Positions 11,144 through 23,860 of a DNA stretch of 64,000 bases are shown piece by piece. The translations under genes were made by a program, and so were the position numbers. The stretch is from Mobula birostris (taxonomy: Eukaryota): NCBI RefSeq assembly GCF_030028105.1, contig NC_092374.1, positions 8,484,998 to 8,548,997 on the forward strand. Reading direction: 5' to 3'. The number at the start of each line of letters is the position of its first letter. Within the stretch, counting starts at the first letter, position 1. A model generated the notes under the pieces. The model was not told where the DNA came from and did no database searches. It saw nothing but the letters and a program-made list of their open reading frames with translations.

Positions 11144-11853
11144 TGTAGTCCCCGGTAAGCCTCAGGCTCGCTCAGCTCCCTTTCGTTGAGGGGGAGCAGC
11201 CTTCAGCCCCGCCAAACTGGGTAATCACGTTTGTGTAGATGCTGTGTGATGTACCCCACCCCGCCAAATAACAGACAATACACCATATGCGATTAAATGA
11301 TTACACTTTATAAATCCTACTGGAACTATGTAATTAATAGAGATACAATATAAAAGGAAAAAGTAAAAGGCGCCAAATTTATCAGAGTTCAACCGCTTTG
11401 TGCACAACCATTGGAGCTCAATGAAGAGGGTCCTCTTTCCACCATGCAATCTCCTCTGACCCTCTCGACTGGCCGCCTGGGACCAACCACAGTGGTCGAC
11501 CAGAGCACGTCCAGCACGTCCAGCACGTCCAGTCCTCTTCCGTTTCTCCTCCCGAAAACTCTGGGCCTTGGAATCCCGCTCGGGGGCCCATCCTGTTACC
11601 CAGCTTACAGCATCGCACCTCCTCTCTCTGTCCCCATCCGCCTTCTGCCCCAAAGCCCGCGAAAACAATAGCTTACAGACACACAAGAAAGAATAACATC
11701 TATCCCAACCGGTTAGCAAAGGAATACAATTCTCTTATTAGTAATTATAACCCAAACAAGCTGCGAGACGGAAGCACTTTCTCAGCAGTTAACGTAACAA
11801 AGAGGCCATTTTTATTAGCCTTAGCAGTAACATAAAAGAAGAAACCTCTTACA
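11144..11853. mobile_element. Solo LTR (710 bp)
   Basis: TGTA...TACA termini flanked by a 4-bp direct repeat TTTA (11140-11143 and 11854-11857); CpG-rich, non-coding. Confidence 0.65.
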
Positions 11854-12160
11854 TTTATTTGGAGAGACAGTGCAGAACAGGCCCTTCCGGCACTTGGAGA
11901 CGTGCCACCCAGCATCCCTGGATTTTACCCGAGCCTAATCGCCGTCCAATTTACAATGACCAATTACCCTACTAGTCGGTACATCTTTGGACAGTGGGAG
12001 GAAACCAGAGCACCCGGAGGAAACCCACGCATTCCAAAGGGAGGACGTACAGACTCCTTATGGAGGACGCTGGGATTGAACTCTGAACTCTGAACTCTGA
12101 ACTCTGATGCCCCGAGCTGTAATAGCATCACACTAATCACCACTCCACTGTGGCCCCCAG
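11854..12160 (-). mobile_element. HE1-like SINE
   Basis: Reverse SINE body (ggaggaaaccagagcacccggaggaaaccc). Confidence 0.7.
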
Positions 12161-12794
12161 TTCAATAATTAATAGCAAATCTGAGACGAGTCCCTGGCAG
12201 TGCAAGGGGTGGTCTGCAGTGCTGGGTAGTGTTAGGGTGTGCCGGCTGGATCAAAAATCCGATGGTTGTAGGAACAAAGCTGTTCTTTGACCCAGAGGTG
12301 TGGGATTTCAGGCTCCTGTACCTCCTGATTTATGGTTGCAGTGAGGAGCTAGCATAGCCCAGATGGTGTGGATCTTTGATGACAGATCGTAAACACGAGA
12401 GATTCTGCAGATACTGGAAATCCAAAGCAACACACACAAACTGCTGGAGGAACTCAGCAGGGCCAGGTGGTGTCGATGGAAATGAATAAACAGTCGATGT
12501 TTCGGGCTGAGGTCCTTCATCAGTACTGACGCTAGATGCTATCTTTCTGAGGCCAAGCCTCTTGCAGATGCTGTCAGTGGTGGGGAGTTGTGCCTGTGAC
12601 AGACTGGGCTGTGCTTTGCCCACCACTCTCGGCAGCCTCTCACATTCCTTTATGTTGCAATTCCATTCTAGTCCACAAAGCAAGTAGTCAGTATACTTTC
12701 AGCAGTGCAGTACATCTATCGGTATTTCTTCGAGCATTTAGGGACATGCCAAACCCACTGAAGCTTCTAATAAAAGAAAAGGTGCTGGTGTGCT

Positions 12795-13275
12795 TTAGAA
12801 CATAGAATATGGAATATCGAAATCTACAGCACATTACAGGCCCTTTGGCCCACAATGTTGTACCGACCATGTAACCTACCCTAGAAACGTCCTAGAATTT
12901 TCCTACCGCATAGCCCTCCAATTTTCTAAGCTCCATGTACCTACCTAAGAGTCTCTTAAAAGATCCTGTTGTATCCTCATCCACCACCATCACTAGCAGT
13001 GCATTCCACGCACCCACCACTCTCTGTGTAAGAAACTTACCTCTGACATCCCCTCAATACCTATTTCCAAGCACCTTAAAACTGTGCCCCTCATGTTAGC
13101 CATTTCAGCCCTGGAACAAAGCCTCTGGCTACCCACACGATCAATGCCCCTCCTCATCTTATACACCTCTATCAGGTCACCTCTCATCCTCCATTGCTCC
13201 AAGGAGAAAAGGCCAAGTTCACCCAACCTATTTTCATGAGGCACACTTTCCAATCCAGGCAACATCTTTGTAAAT
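12795..13275 (-). mobile_element. CR1 LINE 3' fragment
   Basis: RFTKMLPGLE...MRGDLIEVYKM motif and (ATAGA)-type tail. Confidence 0.85.
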
Positions 13276-13299
13276 CTCTCTCTGCACTCTCTCCATAGT

Positions 13300-13950
13300 A
13301 CCCAAATGCTTCCTGCAATGAGGTGACTGGGACTGATCATAGTTCTCCATAGTTGCACCTGTGTTCTGAGCCTAGGACAGGTCACCCAGGATGTTAACAT
13401 CCAGGAATCTGAACTCTTCCCAGCTCTCCACTGAGAACAGGGAATTGGTCTCCCAACTTCCACTCTCTGAAGTTAACGACGAGCTCCTTGGTTTTGCTGA
13501 CGTTGAGTGAGAGGTTGTTATTGTGGCATCACTCAACCAGGTGTCCTGCCTCACTCCTGTGTGCTAACCCATCCCCACTGATTCAGCCAACACAGTGGTG
13601 TCGTCGGTGAATTTGTAGATGGTGTTGGAAATGTGCTCAGCCACATGGCCAAGGGTGTATACGGATCAGAGCAGGGGACTAAGCATGCAGCCCTGAGTGC
13701 GGCTGTGCTGGTGATCAGTGGGGAGGAGACATTCCCGATCCATACGGATTGAGGTCTGCTGATGAGGAAGTCAAGGATCCAGGTGCAAAGGCCCAGGTCT
13801 TGGAGGCTGGGGATGAAGTTGGGGTAGAACAGTTGTGTTGAATGCTGAGTTATAGTTGAAGAACAGCACGCTTCAGTTGTCAGGCGGTCCAGAGCAGAGC
13901 GGAGAGTCGGTGAGATTGTATCTGCCGCTGACCTGTTGTGGTGGTAGGCA
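13300..13950 (-). mobile_element. Rex1/L2-type RT fragment, frameshifted
   Basis: WILDFLISRPQSVWIGN...; SAYHHNRSAADTI. Confidence 0.7.
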
Positions 13951-14454
13951 GAATTAGAATCAGGTTTAATTTCACTGGCATACAGTCTGTATACATACAT
14001 ACAGTACTGTGCAAAAGTCTTTGGGCACATATACATAGCTAGGGTTCCTAAAACTTCTGCGCAGTACTACATTTGTTAAATTGAGCAGAGAGTGATTTTT
14101 TAAATCTGGCGGGAGCAAGGGATGTTGGGAATGCTGAGACTAGAGTGCCACAGGAGGGCTGTGGGACAGTTGGCAGAGAAGGAGTGCCAGGGGCGGTGGG
14201 GGGGGGGGAGGAGGTGACGTGGGTGCAGACACACCCAGTCCTGAGACACCAGGCAAGGTCATTTGATCCCAAACAATGGGTTTGTTGATCATTACAGAAA
14301 TGTCTCTCTGGTGCTTCCTGCTCCATCCCCTTTCCCCAACCATGATTCCCCTCTCCCTGCCCGCTTCCCACTCTCAGTCCACAACAGAGACCCATATCAG
14401 AATCAGGTTTATCATCACTCACCTAGGTCATGAAATTTGTTTGTTTTTGTGGTA

Positions 14455-15305
14455 GAACCATAGAAACTACAGCACAGAAACAGGCCTTTTGGCCCTTCTT
14501 GGCTGTGCCGAACCATTTTCTGCCTAGTCCCACTGACCTGCACACGGACCATATCCCTCCATACACCTCTCATCCATGTACCTGTCCAATTTTTTCTTAA
14601 ATGTTAAAAGTGAGCCCACATTTACCACTTCGTCTGGCAGCTCATTCCACACTCCCACCACTCTCTGTGTGAAGAAGCCCCCCCTAATGTTCCCTTTAAA
14701 CTTTCCCCCCCTCACCCTTAACCCATGTCCTCTGTTTTTTTCTCCCCTTGCCTCAGTGGAAAAAGCCTGCTTGCATTCACTCTATCTATACCCATCATAA
14801 TTTTATATACCTCTATCAAATCTCCCCTCATTCTTCTACGCTCCAGGGAATAAAGTCCTAACCTATTCAACCTTTCTCTGTAACTGAGTTTCTCAAGTCC
14901 CGGCAACATCCTCGTAAACCTTCTCTGCACTCTTTCAACCTTATTGATACCCTTCCTGTAATTTGGTGACCAAAATTGAACACAATACTCCAGATCCGAC
15001 CTCACCAATGCCTTATACAACCTCTCTATAACATTCCAGCTCTTATACTCAATACTTTGATTAATAAAGGCCAATGTACCGAAAGCTCTCTTTACGACCC
15101 TATCTATCTGTGACGACACTTTTAGGGAATTTTGTATCTGTATTCCCAGATCCCTCTGTTCTACTGCACTCCTCAGTGCCCTACCATTAACCCTGTATGT
15201 TCTACCTTGGTTTGTCCTTCCAACGTGTAATACCTCACACTTGTCTGTATTAAACTCCATCTGCCATTTTTCAGCCCATTTTTCCAGCTGGTCCAAGTCC
15301 CTCTG
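14455..15305 (-). mobile_element. CR1 LINE 3' fragment
   Basis: LDQLEKWAEKWQMEFNTDKCEVLH...LYKALVRSDLEYCVQFWSP...GGFFTQRVVGVWNELP. Confidence 0.92.
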
Positions 15306-15789
15306 CAGTACAGTGTAATACATGAAATTACTTCCGTACTGTTCAAAAGTCTCAGCCATATGTGCCCAAGACTTTAGCATAGTTCTGTACATACTTACAG
15401 TATAAATATTATATTGTATGTAATCAGCAGTGCAAAGAGAAGAAAATAAACAGTGAGGTAGTGTGCATTGATTGATTGTCCATTCAGAAATGTGATGGTG
15501 GAGGGGAGGGTGTTGACTGTGAGTCTTAAGGCTCCTGTGCCTCCTGACGGTAGCAACGAGTAGACGTCATGACCATGGTGGTGGGGTTCTTACTGACCGA
15601 TACAGACTTTCTGAGACCATCACCTTTTGCCTCAGCGCTGCAGAGGCCAGTTCCCACGATGGAGAGGGGTCCAAATGGAGGTGGAGTAACACACACAAAA
15701 TGCTGGAGGAACTCAGCAATTCAGGCAGCGTCTGTGGAGGGAAATAAGTCCAGGTTATCCCTGAAGCAGATCCGATTCACGCCAAAACC

Positions 15790-16920
15790 AACCTCTCGAA
15801 GCTCTTCGTTGGGGTGCATGTAAATGCCACCAGACGGTAGTTACAGAGGCAGGTCACCACCATGCTGTTCTTCAGCACTGATTTTATGAATACCCTTTTG
15901 AAGCAGGTGGTAACTTTAGACATCAGAAGTGAGTGGCTGTCGGCACCAAACTCCTCTGTCCCGGGCCAGTCTTTCAAGTTGTCCCCAATGAAGTCCATCA
16001 TTGAAGTTCCTTCCTCTCCCAGGAATAAGGTCTTTGGAGCTTCTGCAGGCATTTCTGGGTTTCTGGGTTTTTATGGGATGGGTTTGCTAGCCCTATTCCC
16101 AGCCCTCCCTCCTTTCACAGCCGGGATCGGGACTGTCCATGGGGAGTTCAATCCCAGACACCCCTTCACAGCCAGGATCGGGACTGTCCATGGGGAGTTC
16201 ATTCCCAACTTCCTCCTTTCACAGCTGGGATCGGGACTGTCCATGGGGAGTTCAATCCCAGACACCCCTTCACAGCCAGGATCGGGACTGTCCATGGGGA
16301 GTTCATTCCCAGACACCCCTTCACAGCCGGGATCGGGACCGTCCATGGGGAGTTCATTCCCAGACCCCCGCTCCTTTCACAGTGGGGATCGGGACTGTCC
16401 ATGGGGAGTTTATTCCCAATTACCCCGTTTTCACAGCCGGGATTGGGACTGTCCAGTGCTTTGATAGCATTGGTAAGAGTCGGGACAAGTTGAAATTCTT
16501 TAGTCTCCTGAGGAAGAGGAGGTGTTGGTGAACCACCTTGGCTGTGACAGAACACTGTCTGGCCTGGGTGCTATGCATGGGTTCACCCTATTGAAGGATG
16601 TTCTAAGTTCAGGCTCGGAGTCTGAGATCACAGGGGTATCGGGAGTTATGGGGGGTGGTGTAGGGGTGTCATTGCTCTGCCTTTCAAAGTGTACAAAAAA
16701 TCATTGAGTTCATCCGGAAGTGATGGGTTATTGCCACTAATGTTACCCGATCTCGGCTTGTAGGATGCAAACATGTAAACCCTGCCACAGCCGTCCAGCA
16801 TCATTTCTGATTCTAGCTTAGTGTAGAATTGTCTCTTGGCATGCAAGATTGTGTTCCAGAAAGCTCTATTGATGCACGATGGAGTGATTCCGAACTGGAT
16901 GCACTGCGGCCTGGTTTGGG
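15790..16920 (-). mobile_element. Decayed Rex1-like LINE fragment interrupted by a minisatellite
   Basis: NYRLVAFTCTPTKSFERLVL and SLPDELNDF motifs on the minus strand. Confidence 0.6.
16112..16454. repeat. Minisatellite, about 6.5 units of 51-56 bp
   Basis: Unit ttcacagccgggatcgggactgtccatggggagttcaatcccagacacccc. Confidence 0.95.
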
Positions 16921-17696
16921 GACACCAACACTCAGAAACGGAGAGGTCTACAGGACGTGGTGTACATAGCCCAGTTCATCATAAGCAAAGCCCTCCCCGC
17001 CATTGAGTAAATTTACGAGGAGCGCTACCACAAGAAAGCAGCATCCATGATGAAGACCACCCCCCGCCACCATCCAGATCATGCTCTCTTCTCACTACAC
17101 CCCCGGGCAGGAGATACAGGAGCCTTAGGTCCCACATCACCTGGCTCGGGAAGAGTTATTTCCCTTCAACCATCAGGCTCCTGAACTGGAGAGGAAATCT
17201 TCACTCGCCACTACTCTGAACTGATTCTCTGACCTCTGGGCTCACTCTCACGGACTCCTTACAACTCATGTTCACTTTTATTTGCTCAGTTTGTCTTCTT
17301 TGGTTGTTTGTCACTTTAAGCATAGATTTAGTCAGATTCTTGTGTGAAGCACAATGCTTTACAGCACTCGCGACTGTCCGTGAAGGGAGGAAACGGCTGA
17401 CACCACCCCCATCACCCAACACCCTTACTGGGGTACAGGCTGCTGAGTACAGCCCACCAGAGTCTTCTGTCCTAGGCCAGTCTTTCAAGTGTTCCCAGGC
17501 GTAGATGATCAAAGGTTCTTCCTCTCCCAGCGACAAGGTCTTCGGAGCTTCTGTTGGTATTTCTCTGTTTCTGGGTTTTTACAGGATGGGGTTGCCCATG
17601 CCCAACCTTTCAGAGCTGGGCTTGGGACCGTTCATGTCAGAGTTAAGCGAATAATACCAGGGGGCATAATTTAAGGGGGTGATATGGTAGCATAGC

Positions 17697-19052
17697 ACCA
17701 GCGGCCTCAATGACTACAGACCGGTGGCATTGACCTCCCACATCATGAAGACCCTGGAGAGACTTGTTCTGGAGCTGCTCCAGCCTATGGTCAGGCCACA
17801 CTTAGATCCCCTCCAGTTCGCCTACCAGCCCCGACTAGGAGTTGAGGATGCCATCGTCTACCTGCTGAACCGTGTCCATGCCCACCTGGACAAGCCAGCG
17901 AGCCCTGTGAGGGTCATGTTTTTTGACTTCTCCAGTGCATTCAACACAATCCGCCCTGCTCTGCTGGGGGAGAAGCTGACAGCGATGCAGGTGGATGCTT
18001 TCCTGGTGTCATGGATTCTTGATTACCTGACTGGCAGACCACAGTACGTGTGCTTGCAACACTGTGTGTCCGACAGAGTGATCAGCAGCACTGGGGCTCC
18101 ACAGGGGACTGTCTTGTCTCCCTTTCTCTTCACCATTTACACCTCGGACTTCAACTACTGCACAGAGTCTTGTCACCTACAGAAGTTTTCAGATGACTCT
18201 GCCATAGTTGGATGCATCAGCAAGGGAGAGGAGGCTGAGTACACGGCTACGGTAGGAAACTTTGTCACATGGTGTGAGCAGAATTATCTGCAGCTTAATG
18301 TGAAAAAGACTAAGGAGCTGGTGGTAGACCTGAGGAGAGCTAAGGCACCGTTGACCCCTGTTTCCATCCAGGGGGTCAGTGTGGACATGGTGGAGGATTA
18401 CAAATACCTGGGGATACGAATTGACAATAAACTGGACTGGTCAAAGAACACTGAGGCTGTCTACAAGAAGGGTCGGAGCCATCTCTATTTCCTGAAGAGA
18501 CTGAGGTCCTTTAACATCTGTCAGACGATGCTGAGGATGTTCTACGAGTCTGTGGGGGCCAGTGCGATCATGTTTGCTGTTGTGTGCTGGGGCAGCAGGC
18601 TGAGGGTAGCAGACACCAACAGAATCAACAAACTCATTCGTAAGGCCAGTGATGTTGTGGTGATGGAACTGGACTCTTTGACGGTGGTGTCTGGAAAGAG
18701 GATGCTGTCCAAGTTGCATGCCATCTTGGTCAATGTCTCCCATCCACTGAATAATGTACTGGGTGGGCACAGGAGTACATTCAGCCAGAGACTCATTCCC
18801 CCGAGATGCAGCACAGAGCGTCATAGGAAGTCATTCCTGCCTGTGGCCATCAAACTTTACAACTCCTCCCTTGGAGGGTCAGACATCCTGAGCCAATAGA
18901 CTGGTCCTGGAGTTATTTCCTGGCATAATTTACATATTATTATTTAATTATTTATGGTTTTATATTGCTATATTTATACTCTATTCTTGGTTGGTGCAAC
19001 TGTAACGAAACCCAGTTTCCCTCGGGATCAATAAAATATGACTATGACTATG
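17697..19052 (+). mobile_element. Rex1/Babar LINE, 5'-truncated, with an open RT C-half (17724-18899) and a (TATGAC)n tail
   Basis: 391-aa ORF with LQFAYQP, FFDFSSAFNTI, GAPQGTVLSPFLF and KFSDDS; AATAAA plus microsatellite tail. Confidence 0.92.
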
Positions 19053-19689
19053 TAACACTATTACAGCTCCATCCACTGGCCCAGGCTCAATTCCCACTGC
19101 TCCCTGTAAGGAGCTTGTACGTTCTCTCTGTGACCGCGTGGATTTCCGTTATTCCCGTGACCACACAGCGTTCCTTCGGGTGCTCCGGTTTCCTCGCACA
19201 TTCCAGAGGCGTGCGGATTAGTAGGTTAATTGGTCACATTGGTGTAACGGGGAATGGGGCGCTGACTCCTGGGGACAGACGGCCAGTTACTGTGCTGTAT
19301 CTCTAAATAAATTAAAAAAGCCCTATGTATTTTGATGATAAGGTTGCTTTGAATTTTGAACTTTCAGGTGGGAGGCTTACTGCTGTGCTCTGGGGGGATG
19401 GGAGTGGCATTGCTGGGCATAGACCTGTGACAGGAAGTGAAGGAGACTTTGCTGTGGCCCAGACCCACACAGCCACAGGGAAAACATCCACACACAGACA
19501 GCAACCGAGCTCAGGACTGGACCTGGGTCATCAGTACTAACCACTGCAGCGTTGAGTCTCTGCTAAAACAGGAAACATTAAGCAGCTACACATCTTCAAA
19601 TGTGAAGAAGTTTCCACATCTGGATGAAGTGCACCACAGGCCGTTAAAGGAAGCACAAGAGGAAATTGCGAGAGCTCCAACCACAATTG

Positions 19690-21665
19690 TCCAACCCCCT
19701 CCAACGGCAGGATGTTGGCTATGGTCAGAAGATAGAGGATTGGGAAGCTTATAAAAACTAGCAGAAGGAAACTAAGAAGGTCATTAGGGAGGAAAAGATG
19801 AATTATGAAAGGAAGCTGGTGACTAATATCAAAAAAGACACTAAAAGCTTTTTAAAGTATATAAAGGGTAAAAGAGAGTTGAGGGTAGATATAAGACCAA
19901 CAGAAAATGACGCTGGAGATATTGTAGTGAGAGACGCAGAGATGGCAGAGGAACTGAATGTGTATTTTGCATTATTCTTCACAGTGGAAGACACCTGCAA
20001 TATACCTGACATTCAAGAGGGTCAGGGAAGTGAAGTATGTGCAGTGAAAATTATGACTGAGAAGCTGCTCAGGAAGCTTAATGGTCTGAGGCTGGATAAA
20101 TCTCCTGGACCTGATGGGATGCACCGTCAGGTTCTGAAGGAAGTAGTTGGAGAGATTGCAGAGACATTAACAATGATCTTTCAAGAACTGATTTCATTTT
20201 GGCATTGTACTGGATGACTGGAAAATTGCAAATGTTACTCTGCTATTTAAGAAAGGTGGGAGGCAGCAGAAAGGAAACTAGAGGCCTGTTAGCCTGTCAG
20301 TGGTTGGGAGTTGTTGGAATCGATTGTTAGGGATGAGATTACAGAATATCTGGAGGCACATGACAAGATAGGCCAAAGCCAGCATGGTTTCCTGAAAGGA
20401 AAATCCTGCCTGACTAACCTACTGCAGGTTTTTGAGGAAAATACAAGCAGTGTAGACAAAGGAGATGCAGGAGGTATTGTGTACTTGGATTTTCAGAAGG
20501 CCTTTGACAAAGTGCTGCAAATGAGGCTGCTTAGCAAGATAAGAGCCCATGGAATTACAGGGGAGTTACTAGCATGGGTGGAGCATTGGCTGATCGGCAG
20601 AAAACAGAGAGTGGGAATAAAGGGATCCTATTCTGGCTGGCTGCTGGTTACCAGTGGAGTTCCACAGGGGTCGGTGCTGGGACCACTGCTGTTTACTATG
20701 GATGTCAATGACTTGGGCTAAGGGATTAATGGATTTGTGGCTAAATTTGCTGATGATACAAAGATAGGTGGAGGAGCAGGTAGTGTTGAGGTAACAGAGA
20801 GCCTGCAGAAAGACTTAGATAGTTTAGGGGAATGGGCAAAGAAGTGGCAAATGAAGTACAATGTTGGAAAGTGTATGGCCATGCACTTTGGTGGAAGAAA
20901 TAAATGGGCAGACTATTATTTAGATGGGGAGAGAATTCAAAATGCAGAGATGCAAAGGGACTTTGGAGTCCTTGTGCAGGATACCCTAAAGGTTAACCTC
21001 CAGGTTGAGTCGGTTGTGAAGAAGGTGAATGCAATGTTGGCATTCATTTCTAGATGTATAGAATATAAAGCTTATGTGATGTTGAGGCTCTATAAGGCAC
21101 TCGTGAGACCACACTTGGAGTATTGTGTGCAGTTTTGGGCTCCTTATTTTAGGAAGGATATACTGACATTGGAGGGAGTTCTAGAAGATTCACGAGAATG
21201 ATTCCAGGAATGAAAGGGTTACTGTATGAGGAACGTCTGGCAGCTCTTGGGCTGTATTCCCTGGAGTTCAGGAGAATGAGGGGGGATCTCATAGAAATAT
21301 TCCGAATGTTAAAAGGCCTGAACAGATTAGATATGGCAAAGTTATTTCCCATGGTAGGGGATTCTTGGTCAAGAGTGCATTACTTCAGGATTGAAGGACG
21401 TCCATTTAGAACAACGATGCAGAGAAATTAGAGGGTGGTAAATCTGTGGAATTTGTTGCCATGAGTGGCTGTGGAGGCCAAGTCATTGGGTGCCTTTAAG
21501 GCAGAGATAGATAGGTGCTTGATTAACCAGGGCATCAAATGGTGTGGAGAAAAGGCAGGTGAGTGGGGATGACTGGAAAAATTGAACCAGCACATGATTG
21601 AATGGTGGAGAGACTCGATGGACTGAATGGCCTACTTCTGCTCCTATATCGTATGGACTTATGGT
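19690..21665 (+). mobile_element. CR1 LINE ORF2 fragment (RT domain), frameshifted
   Basis: SQHGFLKGKSCLTNL, YLDFQKAFDKV, GVPQGSVLGP, AKFADDTKIG, LYKALVRPHLEYCVQFW. Confidence 0.93.
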
Positions 21666-22867
21666 CTTAAGACAGTATGACAACAGAGCAGAGGCCATTC
21701 AGTCCATCAGATACATGCAGACTCCCAGCATATTAACCCCATCGCCCCCTTCAAGTGATTCGCACTCTCATTATTTCCCTGTAATTGGGTTCATTATTGT
21801 CACATGTCCTGAGCTATGGTGAAAATCTTTGTTTTACAAGCCATCCATACAGATTATTTCATCACATCAGCACATCGAGGCAGTGTCAGGGAATGCAGAA
21901 TAAGGGGCAGTCCTGATATGAAGGGTCTCAGCAGGAAGTGTCGTCTCTTTATTCCCCTCTCTAGATGCTGGCTGACCTGCTGAATTCCTCCAGCATTTTG
22001 TGTGTGTTACACGGAATCAACTGTTACAGCCATGCCGAAAGAGCCGTGTGGGTAGGCAATAAGGTCCAAGATGACGGCGAGGTAGATTGTGAGGGCATCA
22101 GTCCCTCTCTCTCGCAGAGGCTACAGACGGTTGTAGATTCCGCCAGATCCACCATGGGCACAAGCCCAGGCACATCTATGGATGAAGGAAAAATGGATGG
22201 CTTTGGAGGGAAGGGTTAGACTTACCTTAGAGTAGGTTAGGTTGGCACATTGTGGGCCAAAGTGCCTCTACTGGTCTATGTTCCAAACTTCCCTGCCAAC
22301 GAGGATATTTTCAAAGGGTGGTGTCTCAGAAAGGTGGCTTCCATCATTAAGGACCTCCATCACCCAGGATATGCTCTCTTCTCATTGCCACCATCGGGGA
22401 GGAGGCACAGGAGCCTTAAGACTCCTTAACATTTTCCCCTCCACTGTCGTGAGCACTACCTCACTACTCCTCTTTTGCACCGGAGGGGATTTAGAGGAGA
22501 TCCAAGAGGGTGTGCCAATATCATGGCTGGGAAACCAGCAGGGCAAATATGAGATTCTGTAGATGCTGGGAATCTTGAGCAACCCACACAAGTAACTGGA
22601 GGAACGCAGAATGTCCACAAGACCATGAAACATGGGAGCAAAATTGGGCTATTCAGCCCATCGAGTCTCCTCCGTCATTCCATATTTTCCCTCTCCTGTC
22701 CAACCCCATTCTCCTGCCTTCTCCCTGTAACCTTTGACACCCTGACTAATCAGGAATCTACTATATTTAACTATACCCAATGACTTGGCCTCTACAGCTG
22801 TCTGAATTCCACCAATTCACCACCCTCTGGCTAAAGAAATTCCTCCTAATTTCTGTTCTAAATGTCT

Positions 22868-23525
22868 TGTTGCTGTGGAAACGGGGACAGGAGTTAGTAG
22901 CGAAGAGTGGAAAGGACTGGTGGGGGGAACGTAGAAAAGTTCTCCCTGAGGGCTGGCCACTGGGGGGTGGGGGTGGGGGTGGGGATTGTCCGGAACTCAC
23001 TCTCCGAGGGCGTGGGAGAGGTAGCAATCCTCCCCATATTTCCCTGAAGAGGACGATAGGCGCAATGCTGGTAGGTGAGATCAGTCCGGATAGATAGTCC
23101 TTGTTTTGGCTGGCACAACCGAGACGGTCCAAATGGCCTGCTGCGTACTAAATTTTGAGCGAGCCTACAAAACGCGCAGTATAGCAGGAGAGGCCACACA
23201 CCAGTAAAAACAGGACCATTTCTAGCAAAGCGGCTGTGGGTTCCATAGCTGCTTATAAGGCTGCGACATTTTTTTTAGCGGTAAATCAATTGTAGACGTA
23301 TTAACCATAGCAACTCCATCTAGGTGTAGTTTCCAAGGATACAGTAGCTATGGATACTCGCTCAGTAGTTGGTTTCTTGGGATGTGTGCTCTCGGGACAG
23401 TTTCCCCGGCTCCACTATAATAATCAATCACACCGACGCGAGAGGGACTATAGCCCCCTCTAGTGATGTACCTCGGGAACTGCACCGCGCAGGCTCTGGT
23501 TTCATCAGTCGTTGGCGTTGGAGCG
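22868..23525. other. Unclassified CpG-rich insert
   Basis: About 30 CpGs in 660 bp between a CR1 tail and a LINE 3' remnant; no similarity to any other repeat in the window. Confidence 0.45.
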
Positions 23526-23679
23526 AATTCAAGATAGTTTAATGTCATTTCCAACATACAGCTGTAAAGGAGGACAAAATAATTGTTACTCCGGATCCGA
23601 AGCAGCACAAAAACGCAATAAGATAAAGAACACAATAATAATGTAAACCACTATAAATTTAAATAAATAAGATTGTAAA

Positions 23680-23860
23680 CACGAGGAATTCTGCAGATGC
23701 TGGAAATTCAAGCAACACACATCAAAGTTGCTGGTGAACGCAGCAGGCCAGGCAGCATCTCTAGGAAGAGGTACAGTCGACGTTTCGGGCTGAGACCCTT
23801 CGTCAGGACTAACTGAAGGAAGAGCTAGTAAGAGATTTGAAAGTGGGAGGGGGCGGGGGA
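23680..23860 (-). mobile_element. Penelope-like pseudo-LTR remnant
   Basis: Reverse-complement near-copy of about 5610-5750. Confidence 0.8.
23774..23811 (-). ncRNA. Minimal hammerhead ribozyme-like motif (PLE type) with GUC triplet
   Basis: Minus strand UAGUC-CUGACGA-A-GGG(UCUCAG)CCC-GAAA-CGUC-GACUG. Activity untested. Confidence 0.68.

Noticed and set aside
811-16454. Regularly spaced repeats that might suggest CRISPR arrays
   Set aside because: Eukaryotic context; the units are contiguous and degenerate, without unique spacers, and there are no cas genes.
16071-16555. Several overlapping ORFs with repeated peptides
   Set aside because: Products of the 51-56-bp minisatellite.
17724-18899. 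391-aa intact-looking RT ORF as a possible domesticated gene
   Set aside because: 5'-truncated Rex1 copy with a LINE tail and near-identical siblings; explained by recent retrotransposition.
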